A DNA stretch of 61,292 nucleotides from an uncultured virus (IMG/VR IMGVR_UViG_3300023109_000009) (Duplodnaviria > Heunggongvirae > Uroviricota > Caudoviricetes), in the IMG/VR virus record IMGVR_UViG_3300023109_000009, one strand, 5' to 3'. The position numbers and the translations under genes were made by a program. Below are positions 1-9,132 of the stretch, one piece after another. Under the pieces are notes generated by a model that did not search any database, had not been told where the DNA came from, and worked only from the letters and a program-made list of their open reading frames with translations. Numbering within the stretch: the stretch's first letter is position 1; each line of letters begins with the position of its first letter.

Positions 1-87
1 CACCAATCTAAGAAACATAGCTAATTTGATTGTCTATTGTAGAATATATAATAGATCACTTTTTGTTAAATTCACGTGAGGTTATAA

Positions 88-621
88 ATGATTACGTACA
101 AGATTATGAATATTGATAATATTCGAAGAACAATGTATATTCGATACAGTAAACCAGATTATGATGATTTTTTCGTACAGTGGGCATATGAACCACCACT
201 GTCGGATGCTGAAGCACATAAAATATGTGTTGATGGTGTCGACGAAGCAGTACATCATTGGGAGTTACAAGACACCGCGGAAGCATTTACGCTTGGGATG
301 TCAGATACTGGTATTATTAAGAATAAAGTTTTTGATGAAACACCAGACTACAGTACCCTCACTCAAAAATTAGAAGAGGTCAGAACCGAGACCGAAGACA
401 CCATTCGCATTTCTTTTAATGTCGTTCCGTTATCACAAGAAGAGGCGGAAATGAGTATTAGACAGCAAAGAGATGATTTTCTCTTTCAAAGTGATATTCA
501 CGCATTAGCTGATAGGGAGATTTCAGACGAGATGGTTGCTTACAGGCAAGCATTGAGAGACGTTACTGATCAGAGTGGTTTTCCGTTCACTGTTATCTGG
601 CCGGTCCGACCCATAGACTAA
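88..621 (+). CDS. Phage tail fibre assembly chaperone-like protein
   Basis: C-terminal IRQQRDDFLFQSD...YRQALRDVTDQSGFPFTVIWP motif typical of phage tail assembly chaperones; GAGG SD upstream. Confidence 0.75.
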   Translation: MITYKIMNIDNIRRTMYIRYSKPDYDDFFVQWAYEPPLSDAEAHKICVDGVDEAVHHWELQDTAEAFTLGMSDTGIIKNKVFDETPDYSTLTQKLEEVRTETEDTIRISFNVVPLSQEEAEMSIRQQRDDFLFQSDIHALADREISDEMVAYRQALRDVTDQSGFPFTVIWPVRPID

Positions 622-622
622 T

Positions 623-1681
623 ATGAATACTGTTAAATTTTATGTCTTAACTTGTAGGAATCTAGCTGCTCTTAGAAGACATGAAAAAATAATCCCAAAA
701 GAGGATATGTGTATTATCATTAATACACTCAATCCTCATTACGAAGCAGACGCAATTTCGTATTGCCAAACTGCTGGGATTGAATATCACGTAACAGTAA
801 GTGATGGTACGGCTGCAACCGGAAAAAATGCATTCTTAGATACGTTCGAGGCTTCCGACAATGATTATGCAGTTCTCATTGATGGTGACGATTTCGTAAC
901 ACCACACGGAGTCTGGACGTATAAACAAATGGCAAATATTGATGTCGTTCCCGATGTCTTAGCTCTCGAATATCAATATGCCAATTACAGAGCATGGGGC
1001 TATGATATTCACATGCCCGACGTTGTTGAAGATTGGGATGTACATGATCCGGATCTAATACCGGCTTGGGGAACAAGAGCCTTTTGCATGAATAAGGCTT
1101 GGTGGAACGAAGCTCTTGCCGGCGAACTCATTAAAGACGATGAGAGTGATCCCGATGATTTTGCCAAAACATTCAACGAGGTCCATACATCATGGGCAAA
1201 TCATTGCTACAAATATATTAATAATTGGGAAACACATTGTAGAATAGTGTGGTTCTCAAAGACAGCAGCAAATGGTTTTCGCTTTGATAATACATTCCGG
1301 GTCGGCGAAGATACCATGATGTATTTTGAATATAAACATGCCCATATGCAGGGCGACCTTATTATGAAGCATTTATTTGATAGGTACCCAACCTATGTCT
1401 ATGATACGCGCATTGGTGGGGTTGTTGAGGAAGAGAAAGACAAAAACGGATGCGATGTTGGATTTGTTGCTTGGCTCACTATTTTAAATCAAGCATATGA
1501 TGAATTAGAGGCTGCAGGCAAGATGCACGAAGAAAGATTGCCTGAATTAAAAGTTCATACATATACAGCCCCAGAAGATACATTCAATGAAGCTGACTGG
1601 GATATAATTTGGCCAGAAAATTATAGGCCAGATACATTAGGAGTCGTCAACTACCCCGGCAAGAGAATCATCAAGCTCTAA
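623..1681 (+). CDS. Putative GT-A fold glycosyltransferase-like protein
   Basis: GKN...DYAVLIDGDDF (DxD) and later VGED motif, as in GT2-like enzymes. Confidence 0.55.
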   Translation: MNTVKFYVLTCRNLAALRRHEKIIPKEDMCIIINTLNPHYEADAISYCQTAGIEYHVTVSDGTAATGKNAFLDTFEASDNDYAVLIDGDDFVTPHGVWTYKQMANIDVVPDVLALEYQYANYRAWGYDIHMPDVVEDWDVHDPDLIPAWGTRAFCMNKAWWNEALAGELIKDDESDPDDFAKTFNEVHTSWANHCYKYINNWETHCRIVWFSKTAANGFRFDNTFRVGEDTMMYFEYKHAHMQGDLIMKHLFDRYPTYVYDTRIGGVVEEEKDKNGCDVGFVAWLTILNQAYDELEAAGKMHEERLPELKVHTYTAPEDTFNEADWDIIWPENYRPDTLGVVNYPGKRIIKL

Positions 1682-1715
1682 TCCGTCTATTCTTTCGGTT
1701 CCTTAACCCAATAAT

Positions 1716-1723
1716 TATAAATA
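1716..1723 (+). promoter_or_regulatory. T4-type late promoter TATAAATA
   Basis: Exact TATAAATA in the intergenic region 18 nt before the ATG at 1742. Confidence 0.8.
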
Positions 1724-1741
1724 GAGAAAAAAGGAATTGAC

Positions 1742-2137
1742 ATGTCCTCAAGAGCAAATATTTACATTGATCAGGCAGCAGACTTTCGTGTCAGCCTCGA
1801 GCTATTCGACGCCGACGACGATGAGCTGTTAATTGATAGCTACAACTTCTTTGCCAGTATGCGTAAAACATACGGCTCCACAAAGATAGCAGATTTCGAT
1901 ATTGAAAAGTCTGGTAATGACATTGCGCTCGTTCTTAAGGATGAAGTCACAAAAACTCTTAAGCCCGGTAAATATCAATACGATGTACTGATGGAAAAAC
2001 CTACTGGTGAGATCTCAAAGATAGCAGAAGGTCTTGCAATAGTCGTAGATACAATCACGGATACCACAACATATACGCCCAGCGCAACTAATACGCCTCC
2101 GACTGGAGATGGTGTTGCAGATGGCGGATCATTCTAA
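1742..2137 (+). CDS. Virion structural/baseplate-associated adaptor protein ending DGGSF
   Basis: ANIYIDQAADF...LKPGKYQYDVL...EGLAIV pattern seen in T4-like structural adaptors; late promoter upstream. Confidence 0.55.
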   Translation: MSSRANIYIDQAADFRVSLELFDADDDELLIDSYNFFASMRKTYGSTKIADFDIEKSGNDIALVLKDEVTKTLKPGKYQYDVLMEKPTGEISKIAEGLAIVVDTITDTTTYTPSATNTPPTGDGVADGGSF

Positions 2138-2152
2138 TTGGAGAATACGTAG

Positions 2153-4537
2153 ATGGCCTTTATAACGCTACTGCATAAACGAAGTAATGTTGGAGACAGA
2201 AGCCCAACAACAGAAGATTTATTTGACGGCGAAATTGCTCTTAATACCTATGACGGTAAATTATTCTTTAAGAGAAATCAAGGTGGTGTTGAAAGTGTCA
2301 TTGAAATAGGTGAAAATTTTGATGGTCAATATGTTAATCTGACTGGGGTACCGACACTATTAAGTTCATTCACAAACGACCCTGGTTATCTCACAGATTA
2401 TACAGTGACTGTTGCTGATATTCAAGCACACCAATCTGGTATTACGATCACAGAATCACAGATCAGTGATCTGCAAAATTATTTGACTGCCCTTTCTTAT
2501 GGTCAGCTCACAGATAAACCTACCACACTGGCTGGTTTTGGTATTACCGACGCAGCCACTTCAGCTCAGGGTGCTCTGGCAGATACTGCAATTCAGCCAG
2601 GTAGAAATATTAGTACGCTACAAAATAACGTAGGTTATCTTACCTCGGTTTCTAACACGGACGTTACACAACACCAGACAGATATTGTAATTACAGAATC
2701 ACAGATTAGCAATCTGCAGGCATATTTGACCTCGGTATCTAGTTCAGACGTAACTCAACACCAAGGTGATATTCAAATAGCTCAGTCACAAATTACAGAT
2801 TTCAATGTCAGTAATAATGATGTGACTCAACACAATTCAGATATTAGAATTACTGAATCACAAGTTACGGATCTCCAGTCATATGCCACTGCTGATAATA
2901 CAATGGAGTTTACCAATAAAACCGGTAATATTAGTCAGTGGACAAACAATGCCAATTATATCACAAATGCTGAAGAAATCAATGATTTAAGTGCAAATGT
3001 TACTTGGTCTGTAGTACCAGATCCATTTATATCACAGTCTTCTGTATTGCAACACGAGAGCCAAATTGTTGTCTTTGAGGCTCAGATTGGTGATTTGCAA
3101 GATTATTTGACAGAAGTTTCAAATACTGATGTAACACAACATCAATCATTGCTTCAAATAAATCAATCTCAAATTGTTGATTTTGCTGTAAGCAATACTG
3201 ACGTAACTCAACACCAGTCAGAACTTTCAATCACTGAATCTCAGGTTAGTGATTTGCAGTCTTATCTGTTATCGGAGACGACTACATCACTTGTAGCAAA
3301 CACAATTAGCCAAGAGTTATTATTTACAGATGAAACCGGATCAGTCAATGCGGTCGATTTGAGTTGGGCAGTCGATGACACCAACTTGGCAAGACTGGTC
3401 AGTGGTACACTAGATGCAAATACTGGTGTTGCAACATTTGAAAGGGATGATGCTTCCACATTTACTGTTAACTTTAATCCGTTATTTGATGATACGAATT
3501 TAACACGAATTAATGCTGCTACTTTCGATACAGCAAATGGTGTATTGACACTGACAAGAACAGACGCCACAGAGGTCTCGGTAGATCTTGATGGTAGATT
3601 CTTGACCGGAATATCTAATACTGATGTTGTAGCACACCAATCTGATTTAATGATAACCGAGTCACAAATTTCGGATCTTGGTTCTTATATCACAGATTAC
3701 TCGGTTACTGTTGGTGATGTTACTGCACACCAAGGAGCTCTACAGATATTAGAGAGTCAGATTGTTAGTCTAGGTCCCTATGCCCCATTAACTGGTGGTG
3801 TTGTACCAGATGCCAATGTTTCAAATACATCAATTACCCAACACGAGTCTTTACTTTCAATCACCGAATCTCAGATTTCAGATCTTGGTACCTATCTCAC
3901 TGCTGAGACAGATACACTGAGTGATGTAATTGGTAGAGGTGCGACTACAACCACTACGGCTGTGATCCCATTCCTTTACGCTAATCAAGCAGCATTTCCC
4001 GATGCATCTACATATCACGGTGCAATTGCTCACAGCCATTCTGATGGTGCAATGTATTTTGCTCATAGCGGCTCTTGGAATTTATTGGCGAATGATACAT
4101 CTGATCGTAAGGTTGATATCGGTCGAGACAGAGACGATAGTCTTGCAAAGTCGTTGAATGTAACCGGTCCTATTACATGGGCTGGAAGTCTTGATACTAT
4201 GGTTGGTCGTGGTGTTACTGGTGCGACAACCTATACATCCAGATTCTCAATTAAGCATAGTATTGTTGGTGCTACTGACGATATCCAAATTGAACTCGTC
4301 CCAGGCAATGGTGCTGGTGGTAGAGGCAGTGTGGGTGTTATTGGTGGCTTAAAGGTTACGGATGAGATCGAAACTGCATCAACCTTAAATCTAACTCCAC
4401 TAGATTCTGCACCTTCAAACGCGGTAGCAGGAATGATTGCTTGTGCAGATTACACCAACTGGGATCCCGCATCATCGGCTACGGCTAGACCATATCCAGT
4501 GTTTTATGATGGAGTGGCCTGGGTCGCTCTGTATTAA
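2153..4537 (+). CDS. Tail fibre-like protein with His-containing repeats
   Basis: N-terminal KRS...GEIALNTYDGKLF head; about 10 copies of DVTQHQxxxxITESQISDL. Confidence 0.7.
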   Translation: MAFITLLHKRSNVGDRSPTTEDLFDGEIALNTYDGKLFFKRNQGGVESVIEIGENFDGQYVNLTGVPTLLSSFTNDPGYLTDYTVTVADIQAHQSGITITESQISDLQNYLTALSYGQLTDKPTTLAGFGITDAATSAQGALADTAIQPGRNISTLQNNVGYLTSVSNTDVTQHQTDIVITESQISNLQAYLTSVSSSDVTQHQGDIQIAQSQITDFNVSNNDVTQHNSDIRITESQVTDLQSYATADNTMEFTNKTGNISQWTNNANYITNAEEINDLSANVTWSVVPDPFISQSSVLQHESQIVVFEAQIGDLQDYLTEVSNTDVTQHQSLLQINQSQIVDFAVSNTDVTQHQSELSITESQVSDLQSYLLSETTTSLVANTISQELLFTDETGSVNAVDLSWAVDDTNLARLVSGTLDANTGVATFERDDASTFTVNFNPLFDDTNLTRINAATFDTANGVLTLTRTDATEVSVDLDGRFLTGISNTDVVAHQSDLMITESQISDLGSYITDYSVTVGDVTAHQGALQILESQIVSLGPYAPLTGGVVPDANVSNTSITQHESLLSITESQISDLGTYLTAETDTLSDVIGRGATTTTTAVIPFLYANQAAFPDASTYHGAIAHSHSDGAMYFAHSGSWNLLANDTSDRKVDIGRDRDDSLAKSLNVTGPITWAGSLDTMVGRGVTGATTYTSRFSIKHSIVGATDDIQIELVPGNGAGGRGSVGVIGGLKVTDEIETASTLNLTPLDSAPSNAVAGMIACADYTNWDPASSATARPYPVFYDGVAWVALY

Positions 4538-4610
4538 GACCAGGCTAAAACCATAAATAGCTCAGGTACTTCTATGACTAAAGCTATATAAGAATAACAG
4601 GACATAAGGG

Positions 4611-7600
4611 ATGAGCATCAAGGTAAAGGTTGGCGGATCTAAATCGATTCGATCTGTACCTAAACAAGATTCAACTCGAACGGTTGTTGCCGCCGGAGAG
4701 AAAAAGCCGGTAATCACCCCAGATTCTATAGCACTTGGTATAGACACTGTAGGCTCTTTCGTTGCCTCTATTCAAGAAGGTATTGGTCTTGATGTAACAG
4801 AAAATAATAGAGAGAACGCTGAGGTAACAATATCACACGAGATTACCACTTCAGAGGTAAGCTCAAACAATTCAATTCTTGCATTCACAAGAAATGTTGA
4901 TATTGACCAATTCGGTCACATCACACAATTTTATAACTCTTCGCTTAATTCAGATAATTTTATCTCGGATGGCACGACCATCACAGCGAAGGATATTTTA
5001 TTTGGTAATACAGCAGTAACGATTGGTGATTCGACCGATACGATAGAGGGTCTTTTATCTCTGGGTGTGGGTGATTTTACTCTCACTGCGAATACAATAT
5101 CATCACCTACAACAATAAATTTTAGTTCTAATACTGGATTAATTTCTGCCGGTGGTGCTCGAATTACCGGTCTCGGTACACCCACACATTCAACCGATGC
5201 AGTAACAATTGAATACCTTGGGGATATCTTAGGTAATGTACCCGATCCGGTAAATCCTACTGATGCTGCAAACAAACGATACATAGATCTTCAAAGAGAT
5301 AATATACTTTCTCGCATGACTGCACTTGCAGCTACTACAGCAGATCTAGGTTCTAATTACTCATTTTCCGGTAATACGATTACACGGATACCTGGGCCAA
5401 GTTTTCAAGTTGACGCTGTAACCGTTTGGAATCTAGGTGATGGTCTTCTAGTAAAAGATCAAACAGATTCTACTCAGAATGGTCATTATGAGATCACCCA
5501 GGTGGGTGATGCAACAACATCTTGGATTTTAGAAAGGTCTGCTCTTACAAATGAGGCTGGTGAGGTTGCAGGGAATGCAGTCTTTGTCACTGATGGCTTC
5601 AACAACAAACATACTGGTTGGGTCTCTACCGTTGAGGATGATGAAAGATTTGTTCTAGGTACCGATGACATCACATATGTTCAGTTCCAAGGTGAAGGTC
5701 TTTACACGGGTGGTCGAGGCATCACTCTTGTTAATAACACTCAATTCGAAACAGATTATACCCAAACATTCTCAGTCATTAATGGTAAAGACGATAGTCT
5801 TATTATAACATCAACTCTGGTAGATGTCAATAGTAATGGCGGATTTATTTTACCGGTTGGTACTACTCTTCAGAGACCAACAGCTCAACAGGGAATGATT
5901 CGGTATAATACATCGGACTCAAGATTTGAAGCGTATAATGGAGTCACTTGGGGTGGTCTTGGTGGTGTCGTTGATGCTGACCAAGATACCTTTATACAGG
6001 CTGAAGCCTCGGCCGGAGCCGATGGTGATGACCTCGATTTCTTCACTGCTGGTACTCGGCGATTAAGAATAGACCAAGATGGTGATATTCAATATGGTAT
6101 TGCCAATAATCGTTTCACAATGGATTATACCACCGGTGATGCGATCTTTAAGGGTGCTGTAGATTTTCAGGCTCGATCAGCAATTATAATACCTCGTGGA
6201 TTCTCAATAGAAAGACCGGCAACTCCTCTTGCTGGTATGATTCGTTTCAACGATACGACAGATTCATTCGAAGGTTATAATGGAAATAACTGGGGTACTT
6301 TAGGTGGTCTTGTCGATTCAGACCAAGATACCTTCGTACAAGTAGAGTCATCACCCGGTGCTGATAACGATGATATCGTATTCTTTACTCGGGGTGTCAA
6401 CAGATTTAGAATTGACCAAGATGGTACAATCGGCTTTGGTCAAAATAATAATAGAATCACAGTCGATTATGCCACCGGCGATACGGTATTCATCGGTGAT
6501 GTAGACTTTAACTCTACTGGTGCTATCACAATTCCAGATGGTGCAACGGTTCAGAGACCTGCCAATCCTGAACGAGGCATGATTCGATTCAATTATACCG
6601 ATGGTGTTTTTGAAGGTTACGATGGCACGAATTGGTCTGGTCTCGGTGGTGTCATTGACTTAGATAGAGATACCAAGATTCTATCTGAAACTTCTGCTGG
6701 TGCAGATAATGATCGGTTAGATTTCTATACTGCCGGTGTTGAAAGACTCAGAATTAACAGTCTTGGTAATTTTAGATTCGGCCAAAATTTTGATAAGTTT
6801 ACGGTTGATTATGCAACAGGCCACGGTTCATTTGGTGGAACACTTGATGTAGGCAATCAATTAACTGCTGCTAGTGCAGCTGTAGAAGATCTCACAATCG
6901 CTCGAGTTGTTCACGTTGGAAATAATGGTGAATTGGTCGACGACGATGGCTTCACATTCTTTAATGATCTACTGACAGTACCAGATCTTTACGCCACTGG
7001 TGATCTTACAGTAGATGGTGAAACATCATTTGGTGAATTGTCGGTCGGTGATCTCACACCAAATAGAGTAGTGTTTGCTGGTCCTGATGGTCGACTGGTT
7101 ACAGACACTACACTTAGATTTAGTACAACCGGTCCTCGTATGGTTGTCAAGGGTTTCCTTGATGTAGAAAAAGATCTGACGATTGGTGGTAATTTAATCA
7201 TTGGTGATGCAGCCACTGACACAGTCACTGTCACTGCAGATTTCAACAGTAACTTGATTCCAGATGAGATCGGTAATTTTACTTTAGGTACAATTGGTAA
7301 GAACTGGCACAGAGTCTTTACTCCCACAATTCTAAGTGATACTGAAATAGTCACAATTGATGGTGCTGGTGCTCTTAAATTACCGGTAGGTTCAAGAGCT
7401 GAAGGACCTGATGCTTCTACCCGTCAAGCGGGCATGATTCGATTTAACTCACAAGATAGTCGATTTGAAGGTTATGATGGTACTCGATGGTCTGGTCTTG
7501 CTGGATCTGTAGTTGATATTGACCAAGATACAAAAATACTTGCTGAATCTACTTCTGATTCGGATCGGTTGGAATTCTTCACACAAGGTGTTCGAAGATT

Positions 7601-9089
7601 CTTCATTGAGAACAATGGAAGTATTACTACAGATTCTGGTGTTGACCTAGTCTTTGATGTTGATGGTAACATTAATGTGAGTAATGGTATTATAACAGGT
7701 CTGGCCAAGCCTGTCAACCCCCAAGACGCAGTTAGTAAAGAATATTTGGAAGATGATTTTACGTCGACAATGACGTTTAATCAGGAGAATGGACCTCTCA
7801 CCGGAATCACACGAACAGTCGATGCAGTCGATGATCCAACCTTTAACATGGTCAATGGGTTGGAGATTAAAGGCTTTGATATTGCAAATAATTCTATTGA
7901 TCTTGGTCTTACATCGCCCATGTCAGGCAGTGAAGGCATATATGGTAATGATGGATTCACACCAAGAATTCGAATTACAGAAGATGGTCGAATTGACTTT
8001 GCCACCGAAATTGCTGTAGAACTTCAGGCCAACGCAATTCCAGATTTCACAGAAACTGCTCGTGATATCATTGCATTAATGCTTGAAGAGGGTACCCAGA
8101 GAGGTATCGCTGTAATTAATGATGACCTCAACGATACGATGGACTTCATCGTTGATGACTTTGATATCACACTGACCGGAGATATTACCGGTACTGGTCG
8201 AGTCAATTCGGCATCGAACACTACAATTACTACCAGTATTGATACCACCGTTCTTGATGCCCGATACCTCAACACGACTGGAGATACTGCAACCGGAGAT
8301 CTTGCAGCTCCAAAATTTGCCGACTCTGCAAATACATCATTCTATGTACAGCCATCGTCTACCTCATATATTAGAAATCTACATGTCGGCTATCTTGCCG
8401 GTTCTAGTAGAATCGATTTTTCTGATGGCATAGGTTCTATTGCTACTCTCTTTGCTCTCAATGGCAAAATTGGTTTCTTAAGTAGTACTGGTAACTGGGC
8501 CTTAAATGTAGATAAGAATACGGCAGATGTCACTGCATACGGCGACATAAATTCCTTTGGAGACATTAAGGGCTCCAAATTTGTCGATAGAGATGCACAG
8601 ACATATTTTGTGCATCCGGGTGGTACTGATTCTTTATTAAAGCAACTTGCATTAGATAACTCACTTACAATTGGCTCTAATTTAGTTATCGACACGAATG
8701 AGTTATCCACCGTTGCTGGAGACATGATATTCAATCCTGCAAGTGGTGTGGTAGATGCAAATACGTCTATCATTTCAAATGTCAGTGATCCGATTGATGA
8801 CCAAGATGTAGTAAACAAAAGATTTTTATCAACAGAATTAGGTACACTCACCGCGCAAGGTATTACGATTGGAGCTGAGACTGGGACTGCAGATGTAGTC
8901 GCACTTGGTGAACTTCTTACATTTGCTGCCGGTGCTGGTATAGATACACAGGTAAGTAATAATCAAATATTGATTGTTGGTGAATTGGCGAATACCACAA
9001 ATGTAGGTGTCGCATCATTCGCTGCTGCTAACTTTAACGTAACTTCTGGAGAGGTTACCGTCGCCGAATTAGACGGTGGTACTTTTTAA
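4611..9089 (+). CDS. Large virion structural/fibre protein ending LDGGTF
   Basis: 1492 aa, G/T/D rich; four copies of P.G....RP...GMIRxN...FEGY.G..W.GL.G.VDxDQDT; DAANKRY-type fibre motifs. Confidence 0.7.
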   Translation: MSIKVKVGGSKSIRSVPKQDSTRTVVAAGEKKPVITPDSIALGIDTVGSFVASIQEGIGLDVTENNRENAEVTISHEITTSEVSSNNSILAFTRNVDIDQFGHITQFYNSSLNSDNFISDGTTITAKDILFGNTAVTIGDSTDTIEGLLSLGVGDFTLTANTISSPTTINFSSNTGLISAGGARITGLGTPTHSTDAVTIEYLGDILGNVPDPVNPTDAANKRYIDLQRDNILSRMTALAATTADLGSNYSFSGNTITRIPGPSFQVDAVTVWNLGDGLLVKDQTDSTQNGHYEITQVGDATTSWILERSALTNEAGEVAGNAVFVTDGFNNKHTGWVSTVEDDERFVLGTDDITYVQFQGEGLYTGGRGITLVNNTQFETDYTQTFSVINGKDDSLIITSTLVDVNSNGGFILPVGTTLQRPTAQQGMIRYNTSDSRFEAYNGVTWGGLGGVVDADQDTFIQAEASAGADGDDLDFFTAGTRRLRIDQDGDIQYGIANNRFTMDYTTGDAIFKGAVDFQARSAIIIPRGFSIERPATPLAGMIRFNDTTDSFEGYNGNNWGTLGGLVDSDQDTFVQVESSPGADNDDIVFFTRGVNRFRIDQDGTIGFGQNNNRITVDYATGDTVFIGDVDFNSTGAITIPDGATVQRPANPERGMIRFNYTDGVFEGYDGTNWSGLGGVIDLDRDTKILSETSAGADNDRLDFYTAGVERLRINSLGNFRFGQNFDKFTVDYATGHGSFGGTLDVGNQLTAASAAVEDLTIARVVHVGNNGELVDDDGFTFFNDLLTVPDLYATGDLTVDGETSFGELSVGDLTPNRVVFAGPDGRLVTDTTLRFSTTGPRMVVKGFLDVEKDLTIGGNLIIGDAATDTVTVTADFNSNLIPDEIGNFTLGTIGKNWHRVFTPTILSDTEIVTIDGAGALKLPVGSRAEGPDASTRQAGMIRFNSQDSRFEGYDGTRWSGLAGSVVDIDQDTKILAESTSDSDRLEFFTQGVRRFFIENNGSITTDSGVDLVFDVDGNINVSNGIITGLAKPVNPQDAVSKEYLEDDFTSTMTFNQENGPLTGITRTVDAVDDPTFNMVNGLEIKGFDIANNSIDLGLTSPMSGSEGIYGNDGFTPRIRITEDGRIDFATEIAVELQANAIPDFTETARDIIALMLEEGTQRGIAVINDDLNDTMDFIVDDFDITLTGDITGTGRVNSASNTTITTSIDTTVLDARYLNTTGDTATGDLAAPKFADSANTSFYVQPSSTSYIRNLHVGYLAGSSRIDFSDGIGSIATLFALNGKIGFLSSTGNWALNVDKNTADVTAYGDINSFGDIKGSKFVDRDAQTYFVHPGGTDSLLKQLALDNSLTIGSNLVIDTNELSTVAGDMIFNPASGVVDANTSIISNVSDPIDDQDVVNKRFLSTELGTLTAQGITIGAETGTADVVALGELLTFAAGAGIDTQVSNNQILIVGELANTTNVGVASFAAANFNVTSGEVTVAELDGGTF

Positions 9090-9132
9090 AACATTAGATC
9101 TTTATAGATCGTAGAATGGAAAGGGCATTTAT

